Position numbers and translations under genes: made by a program
The notes under the pieces: generated by a model
The model's database searches: none
The model's input: the letters and a program-made list of their open reading frames with translations, nothing else
What the model was told of the DNA's origin: nothing
DNA from: an uncultured Clostridia bacterium
Lineage (GTDB): Bacteria > Bacillota > Clostridia > Christensenellales > UBA3700
Assembly (NCBI GenBank): GCA_947175555.1
Contig: CAMWNK010000002.1
Location: 19,186 to 83,185, forward strand
DNA: 64,000 nucleotides
Reading direction: 5' to 3'
In this document: positions 28,243 to 37,415 of the stretch, one piece after another
How the letters are laid out: every line of letters starts with the position of its first letter
Position numbering within the stretch: position 1 is the stretch's first letter

Positions 28243-29328
28243 ATGAAAAAACTGATAGCATATTGCGGACTTGATTGCGAAAAATGCGAAGCGCGGAAAG
28301 CTACGCTTGCAGACGACAACGCTCTGCGCAAGAGGGTGGCAGAGCACTGGTCCAAGCTGAACGGCGTAGATATCACTGCCGATATGATTGATTGCGAGGG
28401 CTGCCGCATAGACGGCAAAAAGACTCCCTTTTGCGACAGCTTATGCCCGATAAGGCAGTGCGCGATGAGCAAAGGCTGCGCGACGTGCGGCGATTGTGCA
28501 GACATGGAAACGTGTAGCACGCTCGCCATGGTAACTGCAAATAATTATGCCGCATTGAGCAATCTTAAAAAGGAATGGTTTACCATTGATAAAATCGATG
28601 ATGCGACCTATATAATAAGCGAATACCGCCACTGGGAAGAAACTCATTGCTATCTTTTAATCGGAAGCGAGCGTTGCCTTTTGATTGACACGGGGCTGGG
28701 AATTTGCAATATTTACGACGAAGTGCGTAAATTGACGGACAAGCCGATTACGGCAGTGGCTACGCATATACATTGGGACCATATCGGAGGGCATAAATAT
28801 TTCCCCGACTTTTACGCCCATCAAGCCGAGCTCGATTGGCTGAGCGGCAAATTCCCACTTTCCATAGAGACCGTCCGCAATATGGTTATCGAGCGTTGCG
28901 ACTTGCCCGAAGGCTTTAACGTCAATGATTACGAAATGTTTCAAGGCGCGCCCACGAAGATATTGCACGGCGGCGAGACAATCGATATAGGGGATAGGAA
29001 AATACAAGTATTACATACATCGGGACATTCCCCCGGGCATCTATGCTTTTGGGAGCAAGCGCGGGGGTACGTATTCACAGGCGATTTAATTTACAAGGAT
29101 ACGCTGTTTGCATATTATCCGTCGACAGATCCCGTTGCCTATCTTAAATCTCTTGAAGTAATTGCCAATCTCCCATCAAAGAGATTATTTCCTGCGCATC
29201 ATTCGCTCGACATACAGCCCGAAATTGCTATAAGAATGCGAGACGCATTCCGTGAGCTGAGGTCGCAAGGTAAGCTGCATCACGGCGCAGGGACGTTTGA
29301 TTACGGCGATTGGGCGGTATGGCTGTAG
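28243..29328 (+). CDS. Fusion protein: Cys-rich DUF3795-like domain plus MBL-fold metallo-hydrolase
   Basis: The N-terminus AYCGLDCEKCEARKA ... CEGCR ... CPIRQC ... CATCGDC is Cys-rich. The C-terminal half has LIDTGLG ... ATHIHWDHIGGH (HxHxDH) ... TSGHSPGH. Confidence 0.7.
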   Translation: MKKLIAYCGLDCEKCEARKATLADDNALRKRVAEHWSKLNGVDITADMIDCEGCRIDGKKTPFCDSLCPIRQCAMSKGCATCGDCADMETCSTLAMVTANNYAALSNLKKEWFTIDKIDDATYIISEYRHWEETHCYLLIGSERCLLIDTGLGICNIYDEVRKLTDKPITAVATHIHWDHIGGHKYFPDFYAHQAELDWLSGKFPLSIETVRNMVIERCDLPEGFNVNDYEMFQGAPTKILHGGETIDIGDRKIQVLHTSGHSPGHLCFWEQARGYVFTGDLIYKDTLFAYYPSTDPVAYLKSLEVIANLPSKRLFPAHHSLDIQPEIAIRMRDAFRELRSQGKLHHGAGTFDYGDWAVWL

Positions 29329-29425
29329 CCGAGCGGTAAACTTAAGAACGCGAAAATTGCCCCCATGCGCACTATGTTTTAGTCCGATTACTGCCGCATG
29401 AGAATAAAAAGCATATAGATATTAT

Positions 29426-29821
29426 CTATTTCACCTTAGGCACGCCGCCGACATATTCCCACTCGCCCGCATAATGAACTGCCGCATTGCAACCGTAATC
29501 CCAATCATACCCAAACAAAAATCCTCTTTGCGCTTCGACGTAAATATCCGTCAGATTGGCGCAATCTTCAAAGACCGCATATTCCATTGCCGTAACGCTA
29601 TTGGGAATAACGATATATCTTAAGTTATTGCAGCACAGAAATGCCTGTACGTCTATGAGCCATACGCTCTTAGGTATCTCCACGCTGCGAATATCGCTGC
29701 GATAAAATGTACGGAAAGAGATTTCCTTTACTCCCTCAGGAATACGCACGTCATTACTTTTTCCCGTATATTCTATCAGCCAACCGTCATTATTAATCAC
29801 AAAGTCATTGTCATCTTGCAT
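29426..29821 (-). CDS. BspA-type leucine-rich repeat domain protein (short, no signal peptide)
   Basis: 131 aa. Repeats IPEGVKEISFRTF.., IPKSVWLIDVQAF.., IPNSVTAMEYAVFEDCANL. Confidence 0.6.
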   Translation of the reverse strand: MQDDNDFVINNDGWLIEYTGKSNDVRIPEGVKEISFRTFYRSDIRSVEIPKSVWLIDVQAFLCCNNLRYIVIPNSVTAMEYAVFEDCANLTDIYVEAQRGFLFGYDWDYGCNAAVHYAGEWEYVGGVPKVK

Positions 29822-30065
29822 GATTCGCCTCTAAAGTTTTAATATGACATTATATCACAAAATAAAATTCAGTCAAGCGGCATTATTCATTTATATGACT
29901 ATTTTATTTACGATATATACTCAAACAATATGCAACTAATCTTATTTATCGATAACAGTCGATACATAGCTCTTATTCAAATGCGTAGCTAAAATAGGAT
30001 ATATGTCGTCATGCGCCATATTTTACATGCTACTATCCTATTAGAAAATATTGCGAGGTCCTAAC

Positions 30066-30530
30066 ATGATAGACGATGACGACAACTACTATGACGCAAC
30101 AGACATCTTGCCGCCGAAAAACAGAGACGGCAAGGACTACTTCACGCGCGCGCCGCTATATATGCAAAAGGTATCTATGCCTGCCACCAATCCCAATTTT
30201 ATTCAGGTAGGTATGATAGGCTATAGGGACAGCGGAGAAACAAAAGCGATATTTATGCGCCGCACAAAGGAGCTTGAAGAAGGGGAGAAGAAGATGTTCA
30301 ACAACCTTGCTAAAGCAATCGCTCCCGATGTACTGCGCATGGCGGCAGTCTCTGCTGCGCCGCGCGAGCAGTTAGAGGAGTACATTGCAGCTCAAAAAGC
30401 CTCAAGAGATAAAAAAGCGGCGCAAGCAAAGCGCAAATATGAAAAAGAGCTACACCGAATAGATAGCGAGTACACCCAGTCAGTAAAATATGCCGAGCGC
30501 CGACTTAGTCAAATCAGCGACATCGAATAA
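30066..30530 (+). CDS. Hypothetical protein (charged, helical C-terminal half)
   Basis: 154 aa from ATG 30066 (GAGG lies 7 nt upstream). No family recognised. Confidence 0.4.
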   Translation: MIDDDDNYYDATDILPPKNRDGKDYFTRAPLYMQKVSMPATNPNFIQVGMIGYRDSGETKAIFMRRTKELEEGEKKMFNNLAKAIAPDVLRMAAVSAAPREQLEEYIAAQKASRDKKAAQAKRKYEKELHRIDSEYTQSVKYAERRLSQISDIE

Positions 30531-30618
30531 TCGGGCAGGCATGTAGCTTATGCCGCTTGTAAATCTTTTACATATTAAAATCTTTCCGCTGCCGATAGAG
30601 CGATTTTAATTGTATGGC

Positions 30619-32097
30619 TTACATATCTATGATTCTTGTCGCTATCGACTGTCTAAATGCCTTATCGTGCTCAACGAATATCAAAGTGATATCCGCCTCT
30701 TTCAGCATGTCCTCAATCTGCATACGAGTAAATACGTCGATATAATTCAGCGGTTCGTCCCACACGTATAGGTGCGCCCGCTCGCACAGACTCCTTGCAA
30801 CCAACAGCTTTTTCTTCTGTCCTTCGGATAGCTGCTCGGCGTTGCTGTCAAAGTCTGCTTTATTGAAGTTCATCTTGCTCAGCATCGCCTTAAATAAACT
30901 TTCGTCTACGCCGTATGACAGCGCAATCTCAGACAGACTGCCGCTCAGTCCCTTAGTCGTCTGCGGCACATAGGACACCTTAAGATTGGGCATACCTCTT
31001 ATCAATCCCGTATGCTCGATATCTTCGCCCGCAATCAACTTTAGCACGCTGCTTTTTCCGCATCCGTTTCGCCCGCTGATTGCTATGCGTTCGCCCCTAC
31101 TTATCTCGAGATTAAAGTGCGAGCACACCGTCTTATCACCGTATCTGACGCCTAAATCCGTAATTGTCAAAAGTCTTTCACAGCCGCTACCTGCCGAGTA
31201 TATGGCAAGAGTAGGATTATCTTCTACGTTATGCATAAGCTCGGACTTCTCCTCGATAGCGCGCTGCTTTCTGCTCAGCGCCGCCTTAGACCTTTGCATC
31301 ATTTTAGCGGCCTTGTGTCCCACGTATCCCTTATCCTGTCTCAGTCCCGAGCTTGCCTTGCCATACTTGGACGCCTCTGTCTTATCTGCCCAATCGGCAG
31401 TGCGCCGCGCCGCTTCGCTCAGGCGCGCAATATCTTTTTTCAGCTTTTCATCCCGCGCGATTTCAAAGCTCTGTCTTAGATTGAAGTTGTCCAGATATAC
31501 GGAAAAGTTGCCGCTCCTCACCTCGATATCACTCTTATTGATAGATATGATATGGTCGACGCATGCGTCGAGGAAAGCTCTGTCGTGCGATACGATTATA
31601 TAGCCTTTTTTGCTGCGCAGATACTTTGCAACCGCATCTCTTGCCTCGGCGTCCAGATGATTGGTCGGCTCGTCTATCAGCAAATAGTCGCCCTCGTTTA
31701 AGAACAGTCCTGCTATAGCAGCCTTAATCTGTTCGCCGCTTGAAAGAGTGTCGTAAGGTCTATATAGCGCATCGATATCCAGCTTAAGCAATCTTAGCTC
31801 TCTCGCTATCTTCCACTCCTCGGCGCACGGACATATCTCACTAAGCACCTCGCACGTGAGCCTGCTCTTATCTTTAATCTCATACGGGAAGTATGTGAAC
31901 TTGACATTAGTAGATATCCTGCCGCGATATTCGTATTCGCCCATTAGTAGCTTCAGCAGAGTAGTCTTGCCTCTGCCGTTTCTTCCCACCAATCCCAGCC
32001 TCCAATCCGTATCCAACTTAAAGCTGACGTTGCTGAATATATCTTTATAACCTCCGTCATATGAGAAGGTCAAATTGCTTACATCTATTAACGACAT
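30619..32097 (-). CDS. ABC-F ATPase, Lsa/Vga-like antibiotic-resistance (ribosomal protection) type
   Basis: MSLIDVSNLTFSYDGGYKDIFSNVSFKLDTDWRLGLVGRNGRGKTTLLKLL. Two Walker A motifs (GRNGRGKT, GRNGCGKS) and two signature motifs (LSSGEQ, LSEGQKKK) flank a basic linker, and there is no TM domain. GGAGG RBS before ATG 32097. Confidence 0.8.
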   Translation of the reverse strand: MSLIDVSNLTFSYDGGYKDIFSNVSFKLDTDWRLGLVGRNGRGKTTLLKLLMGEYEYRGRISTNVKFTYFPYEIKDKSRLTCEVLSEICPCAEEWKIARELRLLKLDIDALYRPYDTLSSGEQIKAAIAGLFLNEGDYLLIDEPTNHLDAEARDAVAKYLRSKKGYIIVSHDRAFLDACVDHIISINKSDIEVRSGNFSVYLDNFNLRQSFEIARDEKLKKDIARLSEAARRTADWADKTEASKYGKASSGLRQDKGYVGHKAAKMMQRSKAALSRKQRAIEEKSELMHNVEDNPTLAIYSAGSGCERLLTITDLGVRYGDKTVCSHFNLEISRGERIAISGRNGCGKSSVLKLIAGEDIEHTGLIRGMPNLKVSYVPQTTKGLSGSLSEIALSYGVDESLFKAMLSKMNFNKADFDSNAEQLSEGQKKKLLVARSLCERAHLYVWDEPLNYIDVFTRMQIEDMLKEADITLIFVEHDKAFRQSIATRIIDM

Positions 32098-32111
32098 ATA
32101 ATTTCCTCCAT

Positions 32112-32142
32112 AAAAAAAACTGCGAGAAAGCAAATCTCACAG
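32112..32142 (-). terminator. Attenuator terminator in the ABC-F leader, immediately upstream of the RBS
   Basis: Minus strand reads CTGTGAG-atttgcttt-CTCGCAG followed by TTTTTTTT, ending 5 nt before the GGAGG of the ABC-F gene. Confidence 0.65.
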
Positions 32143-32266
32143 CTTTGATACAGGCAATCAATCCCAACGATGATTATCGACGGACGCGCCTTGCGATAGT
32201 AACTTTCTTCGTCGACTTAAAGCCGAAGGCACGTAGACCGATACGACTTTAAGGAAATATTCAATT

Positions 32267-32287
32267 CTATCTTATAATCTTCATCAT
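32267..32287 (-). promoter_or_regulatory. Leader peptide mini-ORF (MMKIIR) of the ABC-F attenuator
   Basis: Minus strand reads AGGAAGG-tgc-ATGATGAAGATTATAAGATAG, located between the promoter and the terminator hairpin. Confidence 0.5.
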
Positions 32288-32310
32288 GCACCTTCCTAAG
32301 AGATATTATC

Positions 32311-32339
32311 ATTATAACACGCAGCCTTGCCTTGCGCAA
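32311..32339 (-). promoter_or_regulatory. Sigma-A-type promoter of the ABC-F leader
   Basis: Minus strand reads TTGCGC, 17-nt spacer, TATAAT. The spacer ends in TGT, giving an extended -10 TGnTATAAT. Confidence 0.55.
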
Positions 32340-32638
32340 GATACTTTTTCACGATTTAAGCTATTGCTTGCAACGCGTTACTGCACAAATTGTTTACTTA
32401 TATCAAGAAGACAACCGCTTTAGGCGCAAATATATATTGTAGAGATAGTCTGCGATTAGCCGTCAACAGGTATTACGGCTATAGATACATTATATGCAGC
32501 AATTACACAATAATTAATGCGTATTTTTTAAGACTTACCGCCCATAAGATTATAGCGCAACTTGAATAAATATGCTAAACTGTATATGAATCAGGCAATG
32601 CTCGTTGCATATAAATAGAGGATAAGGAGTTTCTATCA

Positions 32639-33115
32639 ATGGCATCTCGCAGAAAAGGCAGATCGGCATTTCCGCTTATAGTATTGCTACTGTTGACAAT
32701 AGGACTATTGTGCGGAGCAGGCTACATGTCGTATAAATTCGTTAAGGCGGACAGTTATGTCAAGATAAACGCAGTAGTTGTGGACCACGACCGCAGTAAT
32801 TTCCGATACGAGGACGGCGCCCGCCGCTATGACTACAAAGACATCATAGAGTACACTGTGGACGGCACTACGTACCGCATAGTCAGCGATTTCACCACCG
32901 TAGCGGAGTACCCGCCAAAAAATATCGGCGCAACGCGCACCGTATACTACAATCCCGACAATCCCAAAGAATACCTGCTGAAGAATTCAAGCACGCTAAT
33001 CATGGTGATTCTTTATATTACTTCCGCCGCCTGCATTTTAGCAATGGCGTACGAGCTGAGTAGGATACTGAAGTGCCGCAGACTTATCAAAGAAAGTCAA
33101 AGCGAGCAAGAGTAG
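32639..33115 (+). CDS. DUF3592-like membrane protein
   Basis: 158 aa. N-terminal TM, central beta-rich region, C-terminal TM. AAGGAG RBS. The family call is from memory of this architecture only. Confidence 0.45.
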   Translation: MASRRKGRSAFPLIVLLLLTIGLLCGAGYMSYKFVKADSYVKINAVVVDHDRSNFRYEDGARRYDYKDIIEYTVDGTTYRIVSDFTTVAEYPPKNIGATRTVYYNPDNPKEYLLKNSSTLIMVILYITSAACILAMAYELSRILKCRRLIKESQSEQE

Positions 33116-33159
33116 CCTTGCCGACCAAGCGCCGCACAATAACCGAGGGGAATACCGCA

Positions 33160-33705
33160 GTGAGTAAACCGTTGTCCGAGATGACGCTTGCCGAGCTTTG
33201 GGAGTTATTTCCGATAATTCTCGCCGAGCACAATCCGCATTGGCGCGAGCAATACGCCTTAGAAGCGGCATTGCTGAGCAAGGCTATGCGCGGCGTAGAA
33301 TTTCATCACATCGGCAGCACCGCGATAGACGGCATAATGGCTAAGCCCATCGTGGATATACTGGCAATCGCCCCGTTAGATACCGATTTGCACGCTTTAG
33401 CGCGCGAGGCGACGGCGATGGGTTATATAGTCATGAGCTCGAGCGATAGGCGCATATCGCTCAATAAGGGATACACCGAGCGCGGCTTTGCAGACGAAGT
33501 ATTTCATCTGCATTTGAGATATTCGGGCGACGATGACGAGATATACTTTTGCGCCTATCTCAACGCCCATGCGGACGTTGCGGCAAGCTACGAGGCGCTC
33601 AAGCTGTCCTTATGCGAGAAGTACAAGCATGACCGCGACGGCTACACGCAGGCTAAGAGCGATTTCGTACGCAAATATACCGCTATCGCAAGAGGCGAAA
33701 GATAA
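33160..33705 (+). CDS. GrpB-family protein (nucleotidyltransferase-fold, UPF0157)
   Basis: EHNPHWREQYALEAALL ... FHHIGSTAIDGIMAKPIVDILA ... HLHLR. Start uncertain: GTG 33160 has GAGGGG 9 nt upstream, and ATG 33181 is the alternative. Confidence 0.7.
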   Translation: MSKPLSEMTLAELWELFPIILAEHNPHWREQYALEAALLSKAMRGVEFHHIGSTAIDGIMAKPIVDILAIAPLDTDLHALAREATAMGYIVMSSSDRRISLNKGYTERGFADEVFHLHLRYSGDDDEIYFCAYLNAHADVAASYEALKLSLCEKYKHDRDGYTQAKSDFVRKYTAIARGER

Positions 33706-33845
33706 TCCGTATTTCCTATCAAACCCAATCATTGTTACAAGATTACCGCCTGCTCGGCTCAACTTGCATAAATATATAGATAGCCAATCGCATTGCAATA
33801 TGATATAATTTTAATTGCGTAATCCAATAGACGACAGGTAAGACT

Positions 33846-36014
33846 ATGGCTAAGAAATTTTCGTCCTCGGACGCCAAAAAACTTATTACGCGCAGCGCGC
33901 GCATTACGCGCTCCTTGTCTCAAGCAGGCAGATTGACTGCTATACTTAAGAGCAGGATACGTCATGCCGCGGATTTATTCCTCGATTGCGAGGTATACAA
34001 GGTACTTCAATCCGTACCCGTCGATGAAATCAGCCGTACAAAAAAGATGATACGTATCAAGACGCTTATCGACAGCGGCTATGCTACTATGTCCGACGTT
34101 GCGCGCGCAAGTCTTGACGAGCTCATCGATATACAGGGCATCAGTTCGGAAGGCGCGCAGTCTATCAAGGAAGTCGTGCGCGACTTTTCCGACAAGATAC
34201 GCAGCGAGACCAAGCTGCGCCTCAGCTACGACAAGCGCACTCTCGAGACTACGCGCATAGTGCAGAGCGTGTATATATACAGCCACAGCCTTACTTACAT
34301 CAAGCTATGCCGCTCGCTTGCTCGGCGCTCGGGAGAAGTCGAGCTGCTCATAGATAAACTACAGCCGTCTGCGGGAATATTCAAGTGGATGTTTGCTTCA
34401 AGGCAAGTCAAGGACGAGGCGAGTCAGGCATACGAGCAACTGCTTGCCCTCATGGAGAGCGAGGCATACGGCAAGATAGCCGACAGCGCGCTTACTGCGC
34501 TTGACGAGATAGAGCGCATCAGCGCAGACGCCGCGTGGAAAGACTTCTTAAATAACAGCATCTCATACTTCACCGTACTGGAAGAGACCGTCCCCGGGCT
34601 GCTCGGCTCGGACAGAGCGGTAGGCGGTCTGCCGCTCGAGCTTGCAAACGATATCAAAGACCACCCCATTATTAAAGACGGACTTAAGTGCACGCTGCGC
34701 CGCTATCAAGAGTGGGGCGTAAAGTACATTTTACATCAAAAGCGCGTGCTACTCGGCGACGAAATGGGACTGGGCAAGACGGTGCAGGCGATTGCGTCTA
34801 TGGTATCTCTGCGCGGCAGCGGCTCCACACACTTTGCGGTAATATGCCCCGCAAGCGTACTCACCAACTGGTGCAGGGAGATTGTCAGGCACAGCAGTCT
34901 ATCGGTTATCAAAGTGCACGGCGACTCTAAGGCGTCCGCGCTCAAGACGTGGATTAAGGAAGGCGGCGTTGCGGTAACTACATACGAAACAGCCACGCAT
35001 TTCAAGCTGCCCAAGTCGTTTAAGTTCGGTATGCTTATCGTCGACGAAGCGCACTATATCAAAAATCCCGAAGCCAAGCGCACTATGGAGACCGTGGAGC
35101 TTTGCTCGCACGCAGATAACGTACTGTTTATGACAGGCACGGCTCTTGAAAACAACGTGTACGAGATGATATGGCTGATGCAGATACTTCAGCCCGAAAT
35201 AGCGCGTCAAGTAAAGGGCATGGCTTTTATGGCGTCGGCAGAGCAGTTCAGGGACAAGATTGCGCCCGTCTATTACCGCAGGAAGAGGGACGACGTGCTT
35301 ACAGAGCTGCCCGAACTTACAGAAAAAGTAGAGTGGTGCGACTTACTGCCGGAAGAGGAGGAGATATACGAGCAGGCGATACTCAATAGACAGTACGCCT
35401 TAGCCCGCCGCGTATCGTGGCATATAGACGATATCTCCCGCTCATCCAAAGCTATACGTCTTAAAGAGCTTGTAAAAAAGGCGGAAGATGACGGCAGGAA
35501 GATAATAGTATTTTCTTTCTTCTTAGACACTCTCGACAAGGTAGTATCATGTCTTGGGGATAGGTGCATGCCGATAATCAACGGCTCGGTTACGCCCCAG
35601 CGTCGTCAGGAGATTATCGATAAGTTCGACAGCGCAGAGGCGGGCAGCGTGCTCGTGGCGCAGATACAGGCGGGCGGCACGGGACTCAATATACAGTCCG
35701 CGAGCGTCGTCGTGATATGCGAGCCGCAGTTTAAGCCGTCTACGGAGAATCAAGCGATATCCCGCGCCTATCGCATGGGACAGGCGCGCAACGTGCTCGT
35801 ATACCGTCTGCTGTGCGACGACACCATTGACGAAAAGATAACGCAGCTGCTCGCCGACAAGCAGAACATATTCGACGCCTTTGCCGACAAGTCATCGCTT
35901 GCCCAGCAAAGTCTCGAGCTCGACGCCACGAGCGTCAACGCCTTATTCAAAGAAGAAGAGGATAGGATTAAGCTCAAGCGCGGCATTACGGATGACATTG
36001 AGGATAATATTTAA
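33846..36014 (+). CDS. SNF2-family helicase/translocase with a roughly 280-aa N-terminal extension
   Basis: 722 aa. LRRYQEWGVKYILHQKRVLLGDEMGLGKTVQAIA (motifs I/Ia), LIVDEAHYIKN (DEAH), QAGGTGLNIQSASVVVICEPQFKPSTENQAISRAYRMGQ (motifs V/VI). The N-terminus contains an HhH-like segment, LDELIDIQGISSEGAQSI. Confidence 0.85.
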   Translation: MAKKFSSSDAKKLITRSARITRSLSQAGRLTAILKSRIRHAADLFLDCEVYKVLQSVPVDEISRTKKMIRIKTLIDSGYATMSDVARASLDELIDIQGISSEGAQSIKEVVRDFSDKIRSETKLRLSYDKRTLETTRIVQSVYIYSHSLTYIKLCRSLARRSGEVELLIDKLQPSAGIFKWMFASRQVKDEASQAYEQLLALMESEAYGKIADSALTALDEIERISADAAWKDFLNNSISYFTVLEETVPGLLGSDRAVGGLPLELANDIKDHPIIKDGLKCTLRRYQEWGVKYILHQKRVLLGDEMGLGKTVQAIASMVSLRGSGSTHFAVICPASVLTNWCREIVRHSSLSVIKVHGDSKASALKTWIKEGGVAVTTYETATHFKLPKSFKFGMLIVDEAHYIKNPEAKRTMETVELCSHADNVLFMTGTALENNVYEMIWLMQILQPEIARQVKGMAFMASAEQFRDKIAPVYYRRKRDDVLTELPELTEKVEWCDLLPEEEEIYEQAILNRQYALARRVSWHIDDISRSSKAIRLKELVKKAEDDGRKIIVFSFFLDTLDKVVSCLGDRCMPIINGSVTPQRRQEIIDKFDSAEAGSVLVAQIQAGGTGLNIQSASVVVICEPQFKPSTENQAISRAYRMGQARNVLVYRLLCDDTIDEKITQLLADKQNIFDAFADKSSLAQQSLELDATSVNALFKEEEDRIKLKRGITDDIEDNI

Positions 36015-36128
36015 TATTTTTTATAAGATTGCAACATTATATCAATGACTTAGCTCAACAGTTAGCGCGCGCCGTGTCGTGCCCGTTATCGTCTATCGAT
36101 TGCGGCATGTCGATGCGCCGCTGTAATA

Positions 36129-36157
36129 GATAAGGAAGGCAATTTGCCTTCCTTATC
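36129..36157. terminator. Perfect hairpin between convergent genes
   Basis: GATAAGGAAGGCAA-tt-TGCCTTCCTTATC. Confidence 0.65.
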
Positions 36158-36191
36158 GCTATACAATCGTATAATCTTATTTATTCAATCA

Positions 36192-37415
36192 TTAGCCTTC
36201 CATGAGTTTAATGCCTTCGTATATCACGGGCTTTACGTCAAAGTCATTACCTTTCGAGCCCGACCTCAACGTAATCAACTGTCCGCCGCGCTGCCACGAC
36301 TGATTCTTGATACCGGCATAAGCAAGATAGTCTATCGAGAATCCGTATGTAAGACGTATGCCCTTGTAGGTGATAGAGAAGTTGTTATAGTGGTCGTGTC
36401 CGCAGAATACGCCTACGCAGTCCGCTTCATTATCATTATTATTAAACTCCGTCATTACGTCGAAGAGGTGGCTGTCCTCGACTCCCGGATAGCTCTTGCC
36501 GCCTGTCTCGCCCGCCCAGCCGAAGTGCAGCTGAGCATCGCTATCGCCGTTCATAGCGGCAGCCCATGCGTCGCCGTACTCCCACAGCGGAATATGGAAG
36601 AAGGTAAGCACTCTTGCATCGGGAGCATTTAGCTCGTCTACCTTTTGCTTGAACCACTCTATCTGATCGTCGTGTATTCTGTCATAGCTCCAGTCAAGTC
36701 CGCCCGCCCCGGGGATATAGTCGTTGGAGTCAATAAAGACGAGCGCGGTATTGAGCGTGCCGTCCTCTTCGTTGACTTTAATAACGTAATTGCCCACGCC
36801 GTAAGGCTTTACCTCATTGCCGTCTGCGTCTGTATAGGTGCTGTCAAGCTGCATCAGGCAATACTCTTTGCTCGCAAAGAAACGTCCCAATTCCTCTCTT
36901 GTGAGAGTGGTGTTATTGCCCTCTGTCTCATGATTGCCGAATACCACCGCATACGGAACCTCCATGCTGTCGAGCAAGGTCGTGAGCAAGTTGGCAGCCT
37001 TGCGATTGTTGAGCGTGCCTGCCGACCACACTATGGGGAATATGGTGTCGCCCGTTATCGTGATTAGGTCGGGACGGGAGTATCTGATTAGCGTCTCTAC
37101 CGCCTTAAGCGCTTTCCTGTCCGTCTGTAGCGAGCCCCAGCCTCCGCCTATATGTATATCGGTGAGGTTGAGAATATTCAGCTCTTGCCCTTCGGGTACG
37201 GTGAATGTATAGTCGCCGTCCTCATTGAGCTTGCACGTCTTGGATATCTCCGTCGCGCACGACGGCGCGCTGCGCGCATAGTTGAGATTGACGGCGTAGC
37301 CTATCGCTCCGCTTATGGCAACCAATACGGTGAAGAGTATCGCTATCGACAGCGACACTATAAGAAATACTGCGACAATGTTCTTCGCTTGCGGCTTAAA
37401 TATTAATTTTTTCAT
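36192..37415 (-). CDS. Membrane-anchored calcineurin-like metallophosphoesterase
   Basis: 407 aa. N-terminal TM, then LTDIHIG ... TGDTIF ... VFGNHE ... FFHIPL ... CGHDHYNN. Confidence 0.8.
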   Translation of the reverse strand: MKKLIFKPQAKNIVAVFLIVSLSIAILFTVLVAISGAIGYAVNLNYARSAPSCATEISKTCKLNEDGDYTFTVPEGQELNILNLTDIHIGGGWGSLQTDRKALKAVETLIRYSRPDLITITGDTIFPIVWSAGTLNNRKAANLLTTLLDSMEVPYAVVFGNHETEGNNTTLTREELGRFFASKEYCLMQLDSTYTDADGNEVKPYGVGNYVIKVNEEDGTLNTALVFIDSNDYIPGAGGLDWSYDRIHDDQIEWFKQKVDELNAPDARVLTFFHIPLWEYGDAWAAAMNGDSDAQLHFGWAGETGGKSYPGVEDSHLFDVMTEFNNNDNEADCVGVFCGHDHYNNFSITYKGIRLTYGFSIDYLAYAGIKNQSWQRGGQLITLRSGSKGNDFDVKPVIYEGIKLMEG

